Of a stretch of DNA of 64,000 bases, positions 1 to 13,444 are shown one piece after another. The DNA comes from Eledone cirrhosa (lineage: Eukaryota): the NCBI GenBank assembly GCA_964016885.1, contig OZ024743.1, positions 65,224,001-65,288,000 of the forward strand. Direction: 5' to 3'. Each line of letters starts with the position of its first letter. Position 1 is the first letter of the stretch. The translations under genes and the position numbers were made by a program. The notes under the pieces are model-generated. The model was not told where the DNA came from. It was given only the letters and a program-made list of their open reading frames with translations, and made no database searches.

Positions 1-573
1 CGTCCCCCACTCTCAAGCGTGAACCTAATACCAACACTGTTCATACTGCACTCTTTGTTATTGTTTTTGTTTTTTTACTTTGATATTTACCACGCTTACA
101 CGGCCATCTACATCACCTCTGGACTACTTAGCATGGATTACCATTACCACCGATCCACCAGTCTTCCGTAGGATTTCTACCTTTGGCTCAACCCTGATCC
201 AGTTCGCTGTGACTAACCTCTTGACTTTCTCCCAAAAACTTTTTCTCTTTCAGTCTCCTGTTTGTCTCTGATTTTTTTTGTTTATGATTTTTCTGTTTAT
301 TTTTTTCTTGTTTATGATATTTTTGTATTGATTTTTTCGTTCTTATTTCCTTACCTGTCTCTGTTTCCTCACACCCTTTCACCACTTGTTTTAATTTTAA
401 TTTTTTCCCCCTCTTTTTAATGTCTTCCCCCTCACACCCTCTTGGAACTCTTTTCCTTCCTACCTTTCTCCTGATGAAGGGCTTATGCCTGAAATCCCCC
501 CCCCCCCTCTCAAGTGTGAACCTGATACCAACACTGTTCGTACTGCTCTCTTTGTTATTGTTTTCGTTTTTTA

Positions 574-580
<7 letters not shown>
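1..580 (+). mobile_element. PLE-type terminal repeat (pLTR) fragment in partial tandem, with a degenerate hammerhead core
   Basis: 1-82 is repeated at about 503-580. CTGATGA-AGGGC-TTAT-GCCT-GAAA at 471-494. A related copy lies on the minus strand at about 56305-56575. Ends in (TA)n. Confidence 0.55.
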
Positions 581-611
<31 letters not shown>

Positions 612-791
612 GAAGAGTGGAGACCCGGCAGCTGAGCTCCTGCTGTTTCAACAGCTTGTTCCAGATTCACACACGCACACACACATATCAGATAGGGTGT
701 GGCAAAAAACCAGATGGACTATAACCCACCAGAGTACGATACTTGGGGTAGTAGAGTGGGTAATATGAAAAGATTCAGGGGTTCTGAATCT

Positions 792-827
<36 letters not shown>

Positions 828-1138
828 ATGATATAGAAAAAACACAGTTATATTACATGAACAGGCAAATACATTGTTAACTTGTGAGCTAATTTGCTAT
901 GTATGTGTTAAAATAAATATAAATTTTATATTTTACCTATGGTCATTAAAAATTTGAATTTATTATATATTTGTCTTTTGTGTTGCAATTTATCTCTAAT
1001 CCATCCTATGTAGATTGTATGATAGTTACTGAACTGTTAACATCATGTAATCACTTAGCAGAAATCATCATTGTTAATTTAAATGTTATAGTATATTTAC
1101 TTGTGGAAATTTACAGTTAACTAAAGCAAATTCTTTAA

Positions 1139-1347
1139 CCCTTTACTCTATATTTACTATTGTATTTTCACGGTAAACGTTTTATCTCACACAATTATCT
1201 CACATAATATTAAATCTAAGAGATTTTGATGTTATTCATTTTGAGAACAATGCCTTAACAGTGGTATGAGTGGCGAATTATGGCTGGTTTGAACAGAAAG
1301 AGGTGAGAGAATTCTAGCCAGATAGAGCCTGTTTAAATGCTAAAGGG
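1139..1347. mobile_element. piggyBac-type MITE
   Basis: TTAA|CCCTTTA...TAAAGGG|TTAA termini. A second partial copy lies at about 24850-25048. Confidence 0.65.
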
Positions 1348-1630
1348 TTAATATTTAATGTGATGCAGCCATAGTGCTATTTTGTACTTTTCAACAATGT
1401 TTTATACTGCCATGGTTTGTTGATTCAAATGTTTACAATATTTTTACTAACTGCTAGTCATGGGCAAATATTTGGCTTTCTAATTTCAAAATTGCTTGGA
1501 ATTTTTTAGCAGTGTGGTCCACCTTATCATGAGCCATATCCTATATGACCCACTGCTCAAAAGAAGTAGCTCATATCTCTACTAGATTAATGTGATGCAG
1601 TCACAGTGCTGTTTTGTACTTTTCTAGAAT

Positions 1631-1760
1631 GTCTTGCTAATGTGGTTTCATGTGGTACAGGATGTTAAGAATTAATTAATAGTTTTTTTATTTTTATTAG
1701 TGTCTTGCCAATGTGGTTTCATGTGGTACAGGATGTTAAGAATTAATTCATAGTTGTTTT
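1631..1760. repeat. about 70-bp tandem duplication
   Basis: gtcttgcYaatgtggtttcatgtggtacaggatgttaagaattaatt occurs at 1631 and 1702. Confidence 0.85.
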
Positions 1761-2006
1761 TTAGCCCTAGGCTATCTCTGAAGGAGCAGACTTATAATCA
1801 AAACTATTCCAGTTGTGACCATCATGAAGCATGGTATAGTGGTAAACAATAAATATTAAATTGCTAGCTTAGGTGGAGGCATGGTTACATTGTTAAGTAG
1901 GCTGCTTCAAAACCATGTGGTTATGGGTTAGAACCCTCTACACAGCACCTTCGGTAAATGTCTTCTACTTAACCCTTTCATGATTACGTTTGATATATAA
2001 TAATAA

Positions 2007-2200
2007 TAATTGTTTTTACTTTTGGCCCAAGGCCAGCAATTATCCCAATGTATTACTGGTACTTTATTTTATCGACCTTGTAAGGATGAAAGGCAAAGTT
2101 AACCTTGGCGGGATTTGAACTCAGACCATAAAGGGCCGTAACTCTTTGCTGCAAAGCATGGCGTCTGACCCTCTACTGATATTGCCAATCCACCGCCCTT
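2007..2200 (-). mobile_element. tRNA-derived SINE (family A)
   Basis: B-box GAGTTCAAATCC and shared body (cctttcatccttac...gtcgataaaataaagtaccag); many copies in the window. Confidence 0.8.
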
Positions 2201-2211
2201 ATATATAATAA

Positions 2212-2430
2212 TAATGAAAATTACTATGTACAGTGCTCAGGTGCACTACAACTCATCAAAAGTGCAAGTATAGTACATAGAATAATGTACAACAGTCAGG
2301 AAAGTGAACAGTGTATGAGTCATGATGCACACACACACACTCGCACACATGTGTGAATGGAGGGGGATATTAGGTGTAGTGTTGGTGAATTTCAGGAAGC
2401 ATGGAAGTTTTGAAGGATGCAGTATCTATT
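2212..2430 (-). mobile_element. 3' end of a CR1/L2-like LINE
   Basis: Matches 44940-45155, the 3' end of the RT-bearing fragment. Confidence 0.7.
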
Positions 2431-2915
2431 TCAATTAATTAATGAAGAATTTTGAGGGATTTACAAAAATTATTTATTATTTCATTACTAATACAGTAAC
2501 TTAATGTAAGGTTCCAGTATAAAATTATGATTTTAATTAAAATTGGAAACCTTTATAATTTCATAGAACCAGAGCTGGTTTTGGCTGGGCTAGTAACAAA
2601 ATGGTTAAACTTGAGTTGACTAAAGCTGTAGAAATAAAATTTGGTAGATGGCAGCTGTGAAAGGATATTGGATGAAATAAGCATAGATAACCTAATGACC
2701 TCAGTATCAGACATCTTGTGGAGAGGCCACATTGTGTCTGGCTCTCCCTGGAATGTAGGGTAAGTCTGATCCAAGTGCAGAGGTTCATCATGCTTATCTC
2801 AGTTTCCTCAGTGGTAAGTGACTGAGAGTACAAGACCCCTCCCCCCATGGACAGGATGTCAGTCTATTACAAGGTAAATCACCAGCTATTACAGGAACCC
2901 ATTTTCAGCTGAGCA

Positions 2916-3070
2916 TTGTCTAAAACCATCCTTCATGGCACAGTTGAAGGAGGGCGAAGAAGAGGCAAAGAAAATCCTGGTTTGAAACCATCAAAGACTG
3001 GACTGGTCACACACAGAGACCCTTCTATGTGTGACGGAGAATAGAGACCAGTGGTGACAACTGACTGAAA
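2916..3070 (+). mobile_element. RTE-like LINE C-terminal fragment
   Basis: Translates as LSKTILHGTVEGGRRRG../SWFETIKDWTG, typical of RTE ORF ends. Confidence 0.6.
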
Positions 3071-3196
3071 AAGTGTCTAGAGAGGTACCCCCAATGACTG
3101 GCTACACTAGTGGCACATCTAGTGTGGCACCCCACACGACTGGCTACATCAGTGGCACATCTAGAGTGGCACCCCATCGACTGTCTGCACCAGTTG

Positions 3197-3446
3197 TGTG
3201 TGTGACAGCTCACACCTATGCAGGTTTAGCTGGCCTCCTCCAAGGTATATCTCGTTGGAGGTGTCTTGGGCAATTTAATGATAGGGACCCCAGTCCTATC
3301 ATCTCATTTCTACAGTTGAGTAAACTGGAGCAACGTGAAATAAAGTGTCTTGCTAAAGGAAACAACACATCATCCGGTCCGAGAATCGAACTCACAACCT
3401 TTCGATTGCAAGCCCAATGCTCTAACCACTAAGCATTGCGCCTTCA
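3197..3446 (-). mobile_element. tRNA-derived SINE (family B) with 14-bp TSD
   Basis: A-box TAGTGGTTAGAGC and B-box GAGTTCGATTC. Direct repeat gtctgcaccagttg at 3183-3196 and 3452-3465. Near-identical copy at 22584-22797. Confidence 0.8.
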
Positions 3447-3716
3447 GAAGCGTCTGCACCAGTTGCGGTAGATCGATTGATTGATACTGGAGCAATATGA
3501 AATGAAGTGTTTTGCTCAAGAATACAGTGCATATCGGGAGTTATTTTACGCTGAGCTATGTAGCACAATGTCGTCTGCAAATATCAGCCGACCAACAGGA
3601 GAATGTCTTGAACAGATATAGACAAGCTTGTCAAGTAATAAATATACAGTAAAAAGCACCAAAATAAGACTGATTACTCGAACTGAATAATACTATAATT
3701 CTCTCTGTCTCTCTCT

Positions 3717-3906
3717 AATTGTTTCTACTTTTGGCACAAGGCCAGCAATTATCCCAGTGCATTACTGGTACTTTATTTTATCGACCCCGTAAGGATGAAA
3801 GGGAAAGTTAACCTCGGCGGGATTTGAACTCAGATCATAAAGGGCCGTAACTCCACGCTACAAAGCATGGCGTCCGACCCTCTACCGATACAGCCAATCC
3901 ACCGCC
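3717..3906 (-). mobile_element. tRNA-derived SINE (family A)
   Basis: Same body as 2007-2200. Confidence 0.8.
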
Positions 3907-3960
3907 ATATATACATATATATATATTATTTATATATATATATTATATATATATATATAT

Positions 3961-6900
3961 CAGTGGCGAAGGGTAACCTGGAAAGCAGGGCATGAAGTCC
4001 AATCGCCATGGCGGAAAGTGGGGTTGTGCAGTCTCCCCCCCCCCCCCCCCCCCCCCCAACTCGCAAAATTATTCAGGCTTCTCCACTATTTGTAAATGTG
4101 ATATGAGCTAATTTTAATGAGAAAATGCCCGTCTACCAACAGACTAATCTTCAGTCTTGATACCCCTCTCCACTAAACATGATGTCTCCCTATTAATAAA
4201 AACCTAGCAGCAAGCCTGTCATGATATTGATTACGTCAGAAATATGAGTAAATAATAAAAATTTGAAATATTATTTAAAATAGTATACATACATACTGGG
4301 ATCTTTTATTAAAATTCATCTGTAAATCAGTTCAATTCTTCGATTCTTTTTGGCAAATTAATCGATCACTTTATTATAAAATGTATCAGGACCTTGCTCT
4401 ACCTTCATCTTCAAAAGGTCTTTGTTCATGGAAATTATGACCAAATTGCTCAATCTCTCTTCACTTTGAGAACACCTCATATAATTATTAACTCTCTTTA
4501 ATGAAGAAAACGGTCTCTCACATGAAGCAGATGTAGCAGGTATGGTCAGAATTAGGTGCAATAATTTTGTTACTTCTGCCAGAGCTTCATTTAGTTCAAG
4601 TTCCAGTATAATGTCTGCGATTTTCTGGATGCTTGACGCTTCCTTTGCAAAAGCTGCAGCATAAACTGATTTCAACTCGCATTTCAAGCCATCCAAATCA
4701 AATATGTTTGAATAGATATCCAAAGATGAAAATGCTTCCGTCGGAAATTTTCTTAAGCGTGAAAAAGCTTCGGATTCAACAATTCAACAAATTTGAAATC
4801 TCCCATTGTCTTAAATCTTTGCTCGACGTGAACAATAACTTCATCCAAAATGTTGTTAAACAAAGTTCTTAAAGCACCTTGTGGTTCTTGATATCGACCA
4901 CGTTTCTCTGGTGGTTCAGCAACATCATCCAGAACCCGGCAGTAAAATTCCTCAAACTTGTTCTTGATATTAACTAATTGTTTTTGGAAGTTTTCCACCT
5001 CATGAATGGACCTCGAAATATCAAGTGAACTTTTTTGAAGAATCGAAAACAGAATTTCTGACCCACACAATATGGTTTCAAAAACTACTAACAGAAATCT
5101 AAATTGAAAATCTTCGAGGATAGCAACAAATCCTCTTGCCTGTGCTAATTCTGAAGCATTCCAATCCTGGATTTTCTAATATTGTTGAAAATAGCTCAGA
5201 AAACATAGTAATTTTATTGGATAAAATAGATACCTGTCGAGATGAATAATTCCAACGTGTCTCAGGTAATTTTGGAAATCGTCTTCCAACGATTTCATCC
5301 CATAGAGTTATTCGAGTTGTTGATTTAGACATAAAAGATGAAATTCCTTTTAAAGTTTGAAAGAAAATTCGACATTCACGAATACTTGAAACTGATTGAG
5401 ATAGTACCAAATTAAGTGAATGTGCATAACAGTGAACAAAGATGACGTTTGCACCAAAAATCTCCTTTATTCTTGCTTGCACTCCGTTCAAATGCCCAGC
5501 CATCACACTCGCTCCATCATAAGTTTGTGCAATGAATTTTTTACCACAATTGAATTCATTAACGAATTTTCGAACTTCTTCTGTCAGCGATGCAGCTCTT
5601 CTATCTTTACTAACATCGACGTATCCCAAAACCCTTTCTTGAGGCTGTTCTTTCTCATCTACAAATCGCAAAACGCGTGATAATTGAGATTTCATTCGAC
5701 AATCCGTCGTCTCATCAAACATAACAGCAACAAAGGATGTTTTTCCGATCATTGCTTTAATTTCACATTTAATTGTAGCAGCTATACAATTAATGATCTC
5801 GTTTTGAAAGTCCAGAAAATATACAGTTAGCATTTTCTTCACGAAATCTAAATGCGATCTTAAACAATCATCGTATTCCGCTACTGCTTCACATATAGCC
5901 AAAAGATTACCCTTATTGTTTGAGTCTTCTGTTTCATCGTGTCCTCGAATTGATAATTTTTGACAGGACAAAATTTCAACACAATGAATTAACCTTTTCA
6001 ATACATCACGATTTTTCTCAACAGTTCTTTTATGCAACTGAATCGAAGCTGCTTTCCAGTGATCGATCTATGTATCAATTCGAGTCGACCAAAGGTTTTC
6101 AGAGCAATTACGGAACTCAAGTGGTTCTGAGATTTTTTGTGTCTTGTCAAAACTGTAATCAAATTGTTCAAATCGCAGTAACCGGTGGTTGTCCATGTAT
6201 TACTATGGTGACAAAACAACAGACATGGGAAACAGAACAATTTGTTCAGAATGGGACATCCCATCATCCACTCATATTGTTCATAATATTTGGAATCAAA
6301 ATAACGATAACATTCCTTGCCGCTCACTTTCGTCTTTGTCTTAATTTCAAGCTTAGGTTTCTCTCTTCCAAGAATGATAATATTCTTTCTCTCTTCAAAG
6401 CTTCTTGGTGCAAAATATCGAGAAAGTAGAGAAGAAACTGAACTAATTGACTCTTTTGCCATCATGTGGATGAATGAAAATGTGGAAAATGTAATTTTTG
6501 CGTAACTTTAAAAAAAATAATTTGATATATTTGAAATTAAAATTTAAAGCATTGGAATGAATAAGTGACTGAAACATTTACCTATTCAATCAGGAAAATT
6601 TAAACTTTACCTATATAATCAGGAAAATTCCCCAGCTAAGGTGACACGTGTATATTCTAGAATCGTCGGTGAAATAAGTGGTTTGGTTGGACCACTTCCC
6701 GTTTGGACCTCGTGTTGTTGACGCACGCACGCCCCTCTAAATGGGTTACCTCTGTGTGGGTTATCTTTTTATGTGTCTACGATTTAGTAAGCAGTCAAAA
6801 TTCTGCTTGCCCCAAAGCTGTCGTGTGTTTGTATTTATGTGTGTGTGTGTGTGTGTGTGTGTGTTATCTTTTTTGTGTCTATACGTTTTAGTAAGCAGCC

Positions 6901-6994
6901 AAAATTCTACTTGCTTCAACCGACGCAATTGATCAACTCAAGATCCTATAACGCATGCACTGCATGCGTTGCATACACGGTCCCTCCGCCCCTG
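3961..6994 (-). mobile_element. hAT DNA transposon (Tip100/ZMYM1-like), full length
   Basis: Imperfect TIRs CAGTGGCGAAGGG / CAGGGGCGGAGGG. ATATATAT on both sides, compatible with an 8-bp TSD in (TA)n. Encodes a hAT transposase. Confidence 0.9.
4320..6465 (-). pseudogene. hAT transposase split across 4 ORFs by frameshifts
   Basis: TTF-type zinc finger (LFCFPCLLF..W..TG..DLNNL...H..S..H), RGHDE, DETTD, QTYDGASVMAG, HCYAHSLNL, TRW, and the hAT dimerisation motif TIPATSASCERPFSSLKR. Confidence 0.92.
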
Positions 6995-7057
<63 letters not shown>

Positions 7058-7259
7058 AATATATTTATTTAGGTTTGTTGGTTCACCACTGGGTAGAACT
7101 GGTCATTCCGTATGGTCAACCTCGATGTAATATTACGGAGAGCACTCAACTTAACGCAGCTCACTCGTCTTCGTTTGTGTAGTTGGTGGTGCTGGTACAG
7201 AGTTAATTAATATAGAATAACAGGAGGCTGGACTGGTGCAATTCCTTGAAAGGTTTATT

Positions 7260-7317
7260 ATACTATGATCATTTCAATGACCGGGTTCAGTATGAATCCG
7301 GTGACATCATCAGGTAT
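7260..7317 (-). ncRNA. minimal type I hammerhead ribozyme motif
   Basis: Reverse-complement copy of 7501-7558; stem II ACCGG.TTCA/TGAA.CCGGT. Confidence 0.75.
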
Positions 7318-7500
7318 TCAGAATATAACAAAGGAATATAATAGACAAAATCCATGGGGCTGAAAATCAGAGACATGAGGGCGACCGAGGTAGAAGCCGA
7401 GGCCGACCGAGGTAGAAGCTGCTAAATGTTCGGTCGCCCTCATGTCGCTGATTTTCAGCCCCATAGATTTTGTCTATTATATTCCTCTGTTATATTCTGA

Positions 7501-7558
7501 ATACCTGATGATGTCACCAGATTCATACTGAACCCGGTCATTGAAATGATCATAGTAT
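7501..7558 (+). ncRNA. minimal type I hammerhead ribozyme motif
   Basis: ATAC-CTGATGA-stemII-GAAA-TGATCA-TA-GTAT. Stem I ATAC/GTAT, palindromic stem III ATGATCAT, followed by AATAAA. Confidence 0.75.
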
Positions 7559-7604
7559 AATAAACATTTCAAGGAATGACACCAGTCCAGCCTCCTGTTA
7601 TTCT

Positions 7605-8120
<516 letters not shown>

Positions 8121-8121
<1 letters not shown>

Positions 8122-8620
8122 TATAAATTATGTCCATAGAATCATTTGATAAGATATATACACTATTTCCTCTCCCAATCAGCATAAACAACCACACAAA
8201 AAAACAATTAAACCAGGCTATAAGATTAAAAGGCACCTATGAAGAAATAATAGATAAATAAACGACAGCCATCTATTCGCGATCAACAGCTATAGAATAT
8301 TTACCCAGCATTTCAATAGCACGTGGAAATCAATTAAATATATCGTCAACCATACACAATTAGGTATAAAATTAAAGTTAGAAGAAAAAATGCATATAAA
8401 CATACCAGGATTACGTTTCTACCCTTTAGGGTTTCATTCGTTTTTGGAAATATCCGATCAAGGATAAATTCTCGAGCTTCTTAATCACCAGGAAACAAAC
8501 ACACTTGGACGAAGATTTTTCTTAAATGATCCCCGCCAGAAACGAATTCAAAATGGCTAAGAACTGTGACGTGGCATTGGTCAAGTCAGAAAGAATATGA
8601 TTGGTGCCTTACGGCGAGTG
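8121..8620. repeat. about 500-bp segment duplicated at 9701-10208
   Basis: Direct comparison shows few substitutions or indels. Confidence 0.9.
8406..8604 (-). promoter_or_regulatory. candidate promoter plus non-coding first exon
   Basis: Two CCAAT boxes (8576-8580, 8600-8604), TGACGTGG (8567-8574), GCCATTTTG YY1-like start motif (8549-8557), and donor CTG|GTATGT at 8406/8405. Confidence 0.45.
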
Positions 8621-8800
8621 GGATGGTTGCTAGAAAGCGCAGCCTAATATTGCCTAAATTGCATCTCAACCTTATGGGAGATTATCAAATATAAAGATTT
8701 ACATATACACAAACTAGACAAAGTCATAGATATATATGTTTCTGGCAACCATTCACGATGTGGCTCAATGATGAATTAATAAATTAAATAATCAGAGCAA

Positions 8801-9696
8801 TCTATATATATAAAACTGTGGTTGTCTGTCTGTCTATCGATTTTTGGCACACATCTCCTCTTAGAATCTCTCACGGAATTGCACCGAAATTGCTATACTT
8901 GTACATTGAGCCCTAGCGAAGACATCGGAAAAAAAAAAATTTCAAATTGACCCACCCTATGTGACGAAATCGAATATAATGTATCGATTTTTGAGCGTAA
9001 GTTATCAGTTATTTCCCTTTGTTCTGTTTACATTGAGCGTCTTACGTAAAAAATTACGCTGGCTTTCTCAGCGTTTAAAATGACATTAACACAATACACG
9101 AACAGTTGTCGAGCCAGCAAAATATTGACCTGCAAAATTCATCAGTTCGAACACTAAGCTTCCGTTTTGCTTCATTTCCATTTAAAAGCATTTTAAAACA
9201 ATATTTTTACTTGAAAACAAGTCTATTTAAAGACTACGTAAAACAAGCAAATATTTCGTCGTTAGGCGTGCAGACAGACAGTCGTGCAGAGAGGTGATAT
9301 AGGCGTGCAGACAGACAGTCGTGCAGAGAGGTGATATAGGCGTGCAGACAGACAGTCGTGCAGAGAGGTGATATAGGCGTGCAGACAGACATAACTGATA
9401 ATTTGGTTACGCTAATGTTTTTCTCTGCGTTGCAGTGTTTACATTTTCGATCTTTGTTAATAAATAACCAGTGCAGTTTCTATCCCCAGCATCCTCTTTT
9501 GTTATAACATTCGGGTTATCGTTATGTTTTCTTAACTTCATAAGGCATATTGTTGGTTGAGGGAATATTAATCAAAAACACCACATGCAAGTCTGCACAG
9601 TAGACACTACAGTTTTTAAGCCAAGAAAGAAACTTAGCATTGTAACTTTAACACAGCTACTGAGCGACCCCGAGCAACGCCGGGCTTTACTGCTAG
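8801..9696 (+). mobile_element. non-autonomous Helitron
   Basis: A|TCTATATA start; subterminal hairpin CCCG-agcaacgc-CGGG, then CTAG|T end. Internal 37-bp tandem repeat at 9263-9391. Confidence 0.85.
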
Positions 9697-10207
9697 TATA
9701 CTATAAATTATGTCCATAGAATCATTTGATAAGATATATACACTATTTCCTCTCCCAATCAGCATAATCAACCACACAAAAAAAAAACAAAAACAATTAA
9801 ACCAGGCTATAAGATTAAAAGGCACCTATGAATAAATAATAAATAAATAACGACAGCCATCTATTCGCGATCAACAGCTATAGAATATTTACCCAGCATT
9901 TCAATAGCACGTGGAAATCGATTAAATATATCGTCAACCATACACAATTAGGTATAAAATTAAAGTTAGAAGAAAAAATGCATATAAACATACCAGGATT
10001 ATGTTTCTACCCTTTAGGATTTCATTCGCTTTTGGAAATATCCGATCAAGGATAAATTCTTGAGCTTCTTAATCACCAGGAAACAAGCACACTTGGACGA
10101 AGATTTTTCTTAAATGATCCCCGCCAGAAACGAATTCAAAATGGCTAAGAACTGTGATGTGGCATTGGTCAAGTCAGAAAGAATGTGATTGGTGCCTTAC
10201 GGCGAGT

Positions 10208-10295
<88 letters not shown>

Positions 10296-11127
10296 CCGCT
10301 CTCTCTGTTTCTCTCACCTTTCGCCCCCTCTGTCAGTTACACTTTCTCTCGACTGACCGCTTCCTCGCACTTCCACTCACTCACTCACTCTCTGTTTCTC
10401 CCCTTCTCACTTCCTCCCGTTTGACTAACAGTGGGCCTCTTCTTGCTTACATCTCACTCACGGCGGACGTCTTTTACTTTCGCTCATGAAATCCACCCAG
10501 CTTATGCTGACCAGGACTACCATGTTGCTTGTTTATTTCCTTTCTTTGGTTTGTTTTTATCCTTCTATGTTGTTCACTTGTCCCCCTCGCTTTACGCGAT
10601 TACTGGTCCCAATAACTTATTTTAGTTATTGCTCGCACCAACCTGAGATATCTGATTTTTAATGCGATGAAATACCAATGATGCTTGGAAAATCACTGAC
10701 GAAGGACTATTTTTATCATATGTAACCCATGTGCAAACCACGCAGTATTCTTCTTTCTTCAACCCTTTCATCTAATATAGACCACACAAATATTACTATC
10801 CTCAATACAGTGATAAATTCTTCATCTGACAGATAATAAAGATTCTTACGGCCACCAGACCTACATTGTTTAAAGCCACCGGCTTATCTTTACACTAGAT
10901 ATAATACACCCCATGACTGCTTTTACATGTCAATTTTATACATCTGCCTCATGTCAGCTAGTTTTACACGCTAAAATCGTAGATATACTATACTTCCCAC
11001 CTAGATTGATGTGATTATTTCAAATAATTTATTGCTAGCATTGTTAGTATTGTTGTTATTGTTCTGATTGAATGCCATTACTACTATATATAGTAGCCAT
11101 GCCTGTATATTCTTTTCATTCTCACAA

Positions 11128-11233
11128 GCTCCGATGAATTGACTGGTTATAACTTTGTATTGGTGATCGAATAACGTGAAAATAAGCGGGTAGCGATCTC
11201 TAGACCTACCAGTTCAGAGAAACAATTGTCAGC
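11128..11233 (+). ncRNA. hammerhead motif with CCGATGA core and expanded stem II
   Basis: GCT-CCGATGA-..ACTGGT...ACCAGT..-GAAA-CAATTG-TC-AGC. Lies near the end of a probable decayed PLE (about 10300-11460) ending in (TA)n. Confidence 0.6.
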
Positions 11234-11459
11234 AATGAGATTAAAAACCTTTTTTGTATAGCAAACCGTGTCACTCTTCTTTCCTGATTTATCATTACTC
11301 CAAGTGTTTACAACATAGGAATTAGAGCGTACTCGCAGCATCACTATGGAAACGCTTTGTTGAGTCAAATTTAGCCAAGCATTGATATCATCCACTACCC
11401 GGAGTACCATAACTGGACTACACTTAAGTGGACTACCTATAACAATAATTTGTTACCCC

Positions 11460-11581
<122 letters not shown>

Positions 11582-11878
11582 GTAGAACACTGGAAGGTAA
11601 TATCCGTAGTGATAGAGCACTCAGTCCATGGGTCGAGTTAGGTAGACGTGGTTACACAACTGTTAGTTCACCATACCGAGAACAATCGTTTCACCTTAGC
11701 GGATCCTTAGCTTGTAATGGACATGGTTATACGGAACAAGAAAGACAACCGTATGAACGCGCATACGCAGAAACGGCCACTTCACCCAGGCAATACAACA
11801 CTGCGTGCGAGAGGTGTAAGGGAGATAACTGCGAAAGTCTGAAAGGTTCTAGTTGATAAGAAAATTAGGATGTTGTTG

Positions 11879-12847
11879 TCATTCAATCCGGAGCTTTGTA
11901 GTTATGTAAGAGGTGTTTCCAGAGACATGTGGACAACGTGTGAAGAATTCATTTCTTGAGTTTAGGCAATCGCTATTGCGTAATCTCTTTAGAATATTAA
12001 TCCGTTCATCAATACATAGTCCACAAGACGGATTGCCCCTTGCGTATGGCTTGGACATAGTGATGGCTTTCCATTGAATGGAGTAGTCTATACTTGAGTC
12101 CTTGTGGGACCATACGTGGCTCGCGAGTTTCATGAATGATCGTTTGTCCGAGTACCTAAAGGTCGACTGATGGTTCGGGAAGCGTTCCTTAAATCGGCCT
12201 TCCGCCATACCCACATAGGATTTGACCTCCTGTGGTTGATTTGGTCGGTTGGAAGTGACCACAGCTTCATAAACTACAGCGGGTGTGTTACATTGCTGTT
12301 GAAGGGGACAAGCTTTAGGCTTTCGGCAAGAGCACCCTGGTGGGGTGTTGCTCTTAGGGCTGTTGGTGATGTGGGCCTTCATATTCTTAGCGCAGGAGTA
12401 CCCTAGTTTTACTTTCTGTCTGTTAAAGATGGAACAGAATTTGTGACCTATGGGAAAGTGTCTTTCTAAGAGGGCTAAACATTTTTTTCCTACATTAGTT
12501 TTAACGTTGAGTGAGAAGGGAGGAGAGAACCAGATAGTTTGTCTATTGTTACGCTTTCTTTTCTTATTGGTGTTGTTGTTAGTGGGAGAGTAAGTGATAG
12601 GTTGCGAGAAGCCGCTATTAGCTAACGCCGTGTTATAGTAGGGTGCCACTCTGTCAAAGATAGCCTTATTAGAGGAGAGGTTTGAGATTCTAGTACTGAT
12701 ATTATTTACGAAGTTTCTAAAAACAGTGGGAGGGTGGCATGAGTCCTTGTGAATGTAATTCAGTTTTTCGTTAAGCTTATGGAAGAGTCTGTGGGTGTGT
12801 GTGCGAAGGTCTAAATTAATGTCTAAGAAATCTACGCTAGAGAGGTT
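11879..12847 (-). pseudogene. PLE ORF remnant: RT C-terminus plus GIY-YIG endonuclease
   Basis: VDFLDINLDL, YIHKDSCHPP, IWFSPPFS, CSCRKPKACPL, VVYEA..SYVGMAEGRFKERFPNH, CGLC..E, LNSRNE. The listed N-terminal MVDLV comes from the inverted arm. Confidence 0.9.
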
Positions 12848-13377
12848 GACCAAATCAACCACAGGAGGTCAAATCCTATGTGGGTAGGGCGGAGAGCCGA
12901 TTTAAGGGATACTTCCTGAACCATCAGTCGACCTTTAGGTACTCAGACAAACGATCATCCATGAAACTCGCGAGCCACGTATGGTCCCTCAAGGACTCAA
13001 GTATAGACTACTCCATTCAATGGAAAGCCATCACTATGTCCAAGCCATACGCAAGGGGCAATCCGTCTTGTGGACTATGTATTGATGACCGGATTAATAT
13101 TCTAAAGAGATTAGGCAATAGCGATTGCCTAAACTCAAGTAATTAATTCTTCACACGTTGTCCACATGTCTGGAAACACCTCTTACATAACTACAAAGCT
13201 CTGGATTGAATAACAACAGCATCCTAATTTTCTTATCAACTAGAACCTTTCGGACTTTCGCAGTTATCTCCCTTACACCCCTCGCACGCAGTTTTGTATT
13301 GCCTGAGTGAAGTGGTCGTTTCTGCGCATGCGCGTTCATACGGTTGTCCTTCCTGTCCCGCATAACCATGTCCATTA

Positions 13378-13415
13378 CGAGCTGAGGATCCGCTAAGGTG
13401 AAACAATTGTTCTCG
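13378..13415 (+). ncRNA. minimal hammerhead motif (mutated partner at 11677-11714, minus)
   Basis: CGAG-CTGAGGA-tCCgctaaGGt-GAAA-CAATTG-TT-CTCG. Confidence 0.75.
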
Positions 13416-13444
13416 GTATGGTGAACTAACTGTTGTGTAACCAC

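Noticed and set aside
2553-2848. Short ORFs as host exons
   Set aside because: No recognisable protein motif or convincing splice pair; resembles decayed interspersed repeat.
3370-3446. tRNA genes at SINE heads
   Set aside because: A/B boxes are present but no complete cloverleaf; the heads continue into multi-copy SINE bodies.
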